Below are positions 62,806 to 64,000 of a DNA stretch of 64,000 bases, in pieces. The translations under genes were made by a program, and so were the position numbers. Position 1 is the first letter of the stretch; each line of letters opens with the position of its first letter. Under the pieces are notes generated by a model. It was not told the origin of the DNA, ran no database searches, and saw only the letters and a program-made list of their open reading frames with translations. The stretch is taken from positions 4,960,001 through 5,024,000 of the forward strand of contig CM120642.1 in the NCBI GenBank assembly GCA_051362555.1, given 5' to 3'. This DNA comes from Lingula anatina (taxonomy: Eukaryota; Animalia; Brachiopoda).

Positions 62806-64000
62806 TTCATATCAAAATGATGATAGAATCAGTCTTATACTGGTAGCTCTATATCAGTTTTGTGGGCCTTGAGTTTCAGAACCATAATATCCTACCAGTG
62901 TTTCATGTAAGTGTGTTTGCAGGGCTGAAGAGGGGAGTTTTTAATAAACTCTTAAAACTTCTAGTAATTATACCAGTATGTTAAATGTTAGCCTAATAAT
63001 TATTGGGTACGCCCCCCCCCCCCCCCCCCAAAAAAAAATGTGATAGCCACAATTAAATGTTTTGCCTGCCTTACCTGAAAACTTACATAAGAATATGCTT
63101 ATATATTTATCAATTCTATTTTGTAGTGTTTGTTATAATTTTATTTTCATTGTTTAAAGTTACCAGAGTTTGGGAGAGTTTTTAAGCCCGACTCTTAATA
63201 CCTCCGAGTTACTGATTCACTTTTAATGATAAGAATTAATATAGTACTTTGTTGTTAAAAAGTTCTTCCCCAGATAGTTGAAAAGCAAGAACACACAACT
63301 AAATATGTGCTTGAACATGCACGCATGCACAAACACACATTATTGCAATTTATTAAAATTGTTTCATTTTGACGAATATTTTATTTCAATTGATGATGAA
63401 GCTCCTAGGCTGTCTGCTGCACAACTGAATGTTGTGTGTGTAAGAATACCCAATAACTGTTTTTTGTGGTGATTGAATTTTTAAATAGATTATACAGGTC
63501 AAAAAAATTTTTTTTAATCTGAGGAAGAGTTTTAATATCTGAAATCTGTCCATCATATTAGCAGCCATGCTGTTCTTAACATTCCTTTTATAAATTATTT
63601 TATGCATTTTAATTATTTTTAAGACGATTGTTGTGTTGTGCTTTGGGCACAAATGAACAATTATTTGCTGTCTGTTGTGTTTTTATCAGGGAAAATCTTC
63701 TTATATCTTTACTGATTCAGAAGAAGATGAAGATTACAAGGGTAGATATAGCCTCTCACAGATGTTTAATAAAAATGTATTTTTACAATTTTTTTAATAT
63801 CAGGGCAGATAATATTGTCTACAAAGGTAAAGGAATCAAAACTGACAAAATATGTTAGAAGTAGGAAAAAAGTAGAAAAAATATATTAGAAGTAGGAAAA
63901 AGGTAGAATGAATTGTATGGAAATTAAGCAATGTAGGATTTATAAGGAACTTGCAGTTGTACTTTTCAAATAGATTCTTACAAAATTTTTGAGGTGGACT

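Overview
AT-rich, intron-containing animal genomic DNA. The gene and repeat content suggests a lophotrochozoan or mollusc, which is inference only. Eight protein-coding genes can be built by hand from splice signals: ODR4 (5' part, -), a ZDHHC12-like palmitoyltransferase (+), kynurenine formamidase AFMID (-), two intronless small heat-shock protein genes (-) in a tandem segmental duplication, CCHCR1 (+), POMT1 (-) and an SLCO/OATP transporter (+). Introns and spacers are dense with non-autonomous mobile elements: Helentron-associated (HINE-like) elements, Tc1-, MULE-, Harbinger-, Ginger- and hAT-like MITEs, a Kolobok-like element and a young non-autonomous LTR element. The most notable observations are: (1) a triple-nested insertion whose core is a pol-less LTR element carrying an apparently spliceable mini-gene; (2) a U12-type intron in ODR4; (3) a duplicated AFMID exon 2; (4) an sHSP duplication that also copied the neighbouring genes' first exons and promoters; (5) a 1-kb TTAA-flanked element with an orphan coding first exon. 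No CRISPR array, rRNA or tRNA gene was recognised. All coordinates were counted by eye and may be off by a few bases.
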